A stretch of 64,000 nucleotides of DNA from NCBI RefSeq assembly GCF_000002075.1, contig NW_004797330.1, forward strand, positions 673,368 through 737,367. Direction: 5' to 3'. A model generated the notes under the pieces. That model did not search any database. It was not told where the DNA came from and saw nothing but the letters and a program-made list of their open reading frames with translations. This document shows, one piece after another, positions 62,884 through 64,000 of the stretch. Both the position numbers and the translations under genes were made by a program. Positions within the stretch are counted from its first letter, which is position 1, and the number at the start of each line of letters is the position of its first letter. Origin of the DNA: Aplysia californica (lineage: Eukaryota).

Positions 62884-63300
62884 GGGGGCTCTCGTGGCCT
62901 AGAGGTTAAGGTGTTGGCCTCTCATTCAAAGGTCCCGGGTTCGAATCCGGGTAGCGACAGAAAAATTTTCTTCTCTAAAATTGTCTTCTTCTACTGCTGC
63001 TCCTTGACTCCTTCTTTCAGCTGTCTTTCTGCCACACCCCTGATCTTCTGGTAGGAAAGATCTACACCTAGCCTTCTCGGACAAGGGCGAAAAATCTCGG
63101 AGGTCCTGTGTGCAAGTTGCGCACGTTAAAGATCTCTTGGTGGTCTAAATTCGATAAGAGTAGGCTTTGGCCGCCACGCGGGCAAAATTCAAAATTTCCT
63201 ACCAACGAAAAGTATTAAGTGTGTCCCGCGCGCTCATATGACTTTATGCAGTTGTGAGCGCCATAAAAACACTTACCAAAACAAACAAAACAAAAAAAAC
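62884..63300 (+). mobile_element. tRNA-derived SINE with Deu/Nin-like central domain, full length
   Basis: A box TGGCCTAGAGGT and B box GGTTCGAATCC. Central CTCGGAGGTCC..GCACGTTAAAGATC..CGATAAGAGTAGG. Tail GCGCTCATATGAC..GCAGTTG.GAGCGCC.TAAAAC then (CAAAA)n. Three more copies in the window. Confidence 0.85.
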
Positions 63301-63523
63301 TGATTACAAATGCAGGAGAGGACAGGAGGAGCTATTTTGTTGATAAAAGAAGTGGGTTTTTTAGAATTATATTTCCTTTTTGCCATGAACATTATCTTTC
63401 ATTTTCAAGTTTTCTCAATGCCAAAAATTGTGTATTCTTCAGCTTTCCTTTCCTGGAGGAGGCAGAAGCAAAAATTTGTCATATGGTATTTAACTTGTTT
63501 ATTTATCTCTTTCTTGTCAACAG

Positions 63524-63598
63524 TCAATGTTTTTCTTCTTGGCACAAACTGAACAAGGTGACATTTTCAAGATAACTCTTGAAACAGATGAAGATATG
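63524..63598 (+). CDS. SF3B3: SF3B3 coding exon 7 (gene continues beyond window)
   Basis: SMFFFLAQTEQGDIFKITLETDEDM, donor GTAAG. Confidence 0.94.
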
Positions 63599-64000
63599 GT
63601 AAGCAAAATACTTTATGAAAATGTGTTGCTCGGGTTCTTTTTAAGGATTCGAGATGTTTTATGATGTTATGGAATGCATGCCATAAGATTAGTGTAAATG
63701 CATTATTTTCTCTTTTTAGCTTCCATGCTGTTCACCCACACACACAATCCTTGTTTACAATAGCTTTTGCCCCAGTTTAGGTTCAGTTTTAATAGTGCAG
63801 GGGTGTAAATCTTTTGCGAAATTACTGAAATCAGTTGTTTGTTTAATGTTGGTTTAGGACTCCGTCTTTCCTGTAAAATGAGGAGTAGGGATACAGAAAT
63901 TGAGAGAAAAGTGGAAGAATTAAATTACAGTAATAATGGTGGCTACCTCATATGAAGTCAGTAATGATAGAATACGATGATTGTCTGTTAATATATTGGG

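Noticed and set aside
62884-62957. tRNA gene (Glu-like), also at ~18875-18947 and ~33880-33951
   Set aside because: No intact acceptor stem or terminator, and each continues into a shared SINE body, so these are SINE heads.
59578-64000. Intronic C/D snoRNAs in SF3B3 (vertebrate SF3B3 hosts SNORD111, from memory)
   Set aside because: No canonical RUGAUGA...CUGA pair with a terminal stem or recognisable guide seen; would need snoscan/Infernal.

Overview
Eukaryotic (animal) genomic scaffold with N-gaps and (GA)n microsatellites. It is probably a mollusc/gastropod, inferred only from the repeat families. It holds three host genes: an intronless large-Maf bZIP gene (-, 15536-16741); a 9-coding-exon ZC3H3 gene (-, 43707-26622, ~1150 aa, all splice phases reconcile); and the first 7 coding exons of SF3B3/SAP130 (+, from 58929), head-to-head with ZC3H3. 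The ZC3H3->large Maf tandem arrangement matches my recollection of human ZC3H3->MAFA, suggesting ancient bilaterian microsynteny. The ~14 kb between the ZC3H3 and SF3B3 start codons is largely a nest of non-autonomous DNA transposons. These include several related Mutator-like families with 9-bp TSDs and asymmetric GG.../...CACTTCG ends, some carrying transposase N-terminal remnants, and one that appears to have inserted into itself twice at the same 9-bp site. The nest also contains a shredded pogo-like transposase and dense (TAGATC)n palindromic tracts. Elsewhere are a tRNA-derived Deu/Nin-like SINE family sharing its 3' tail with truncated LINE-like ends, a REX1-like LINE split by a Tigger-like element, and several small MITEs. 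All family assignments come from motif recognition without database searches.
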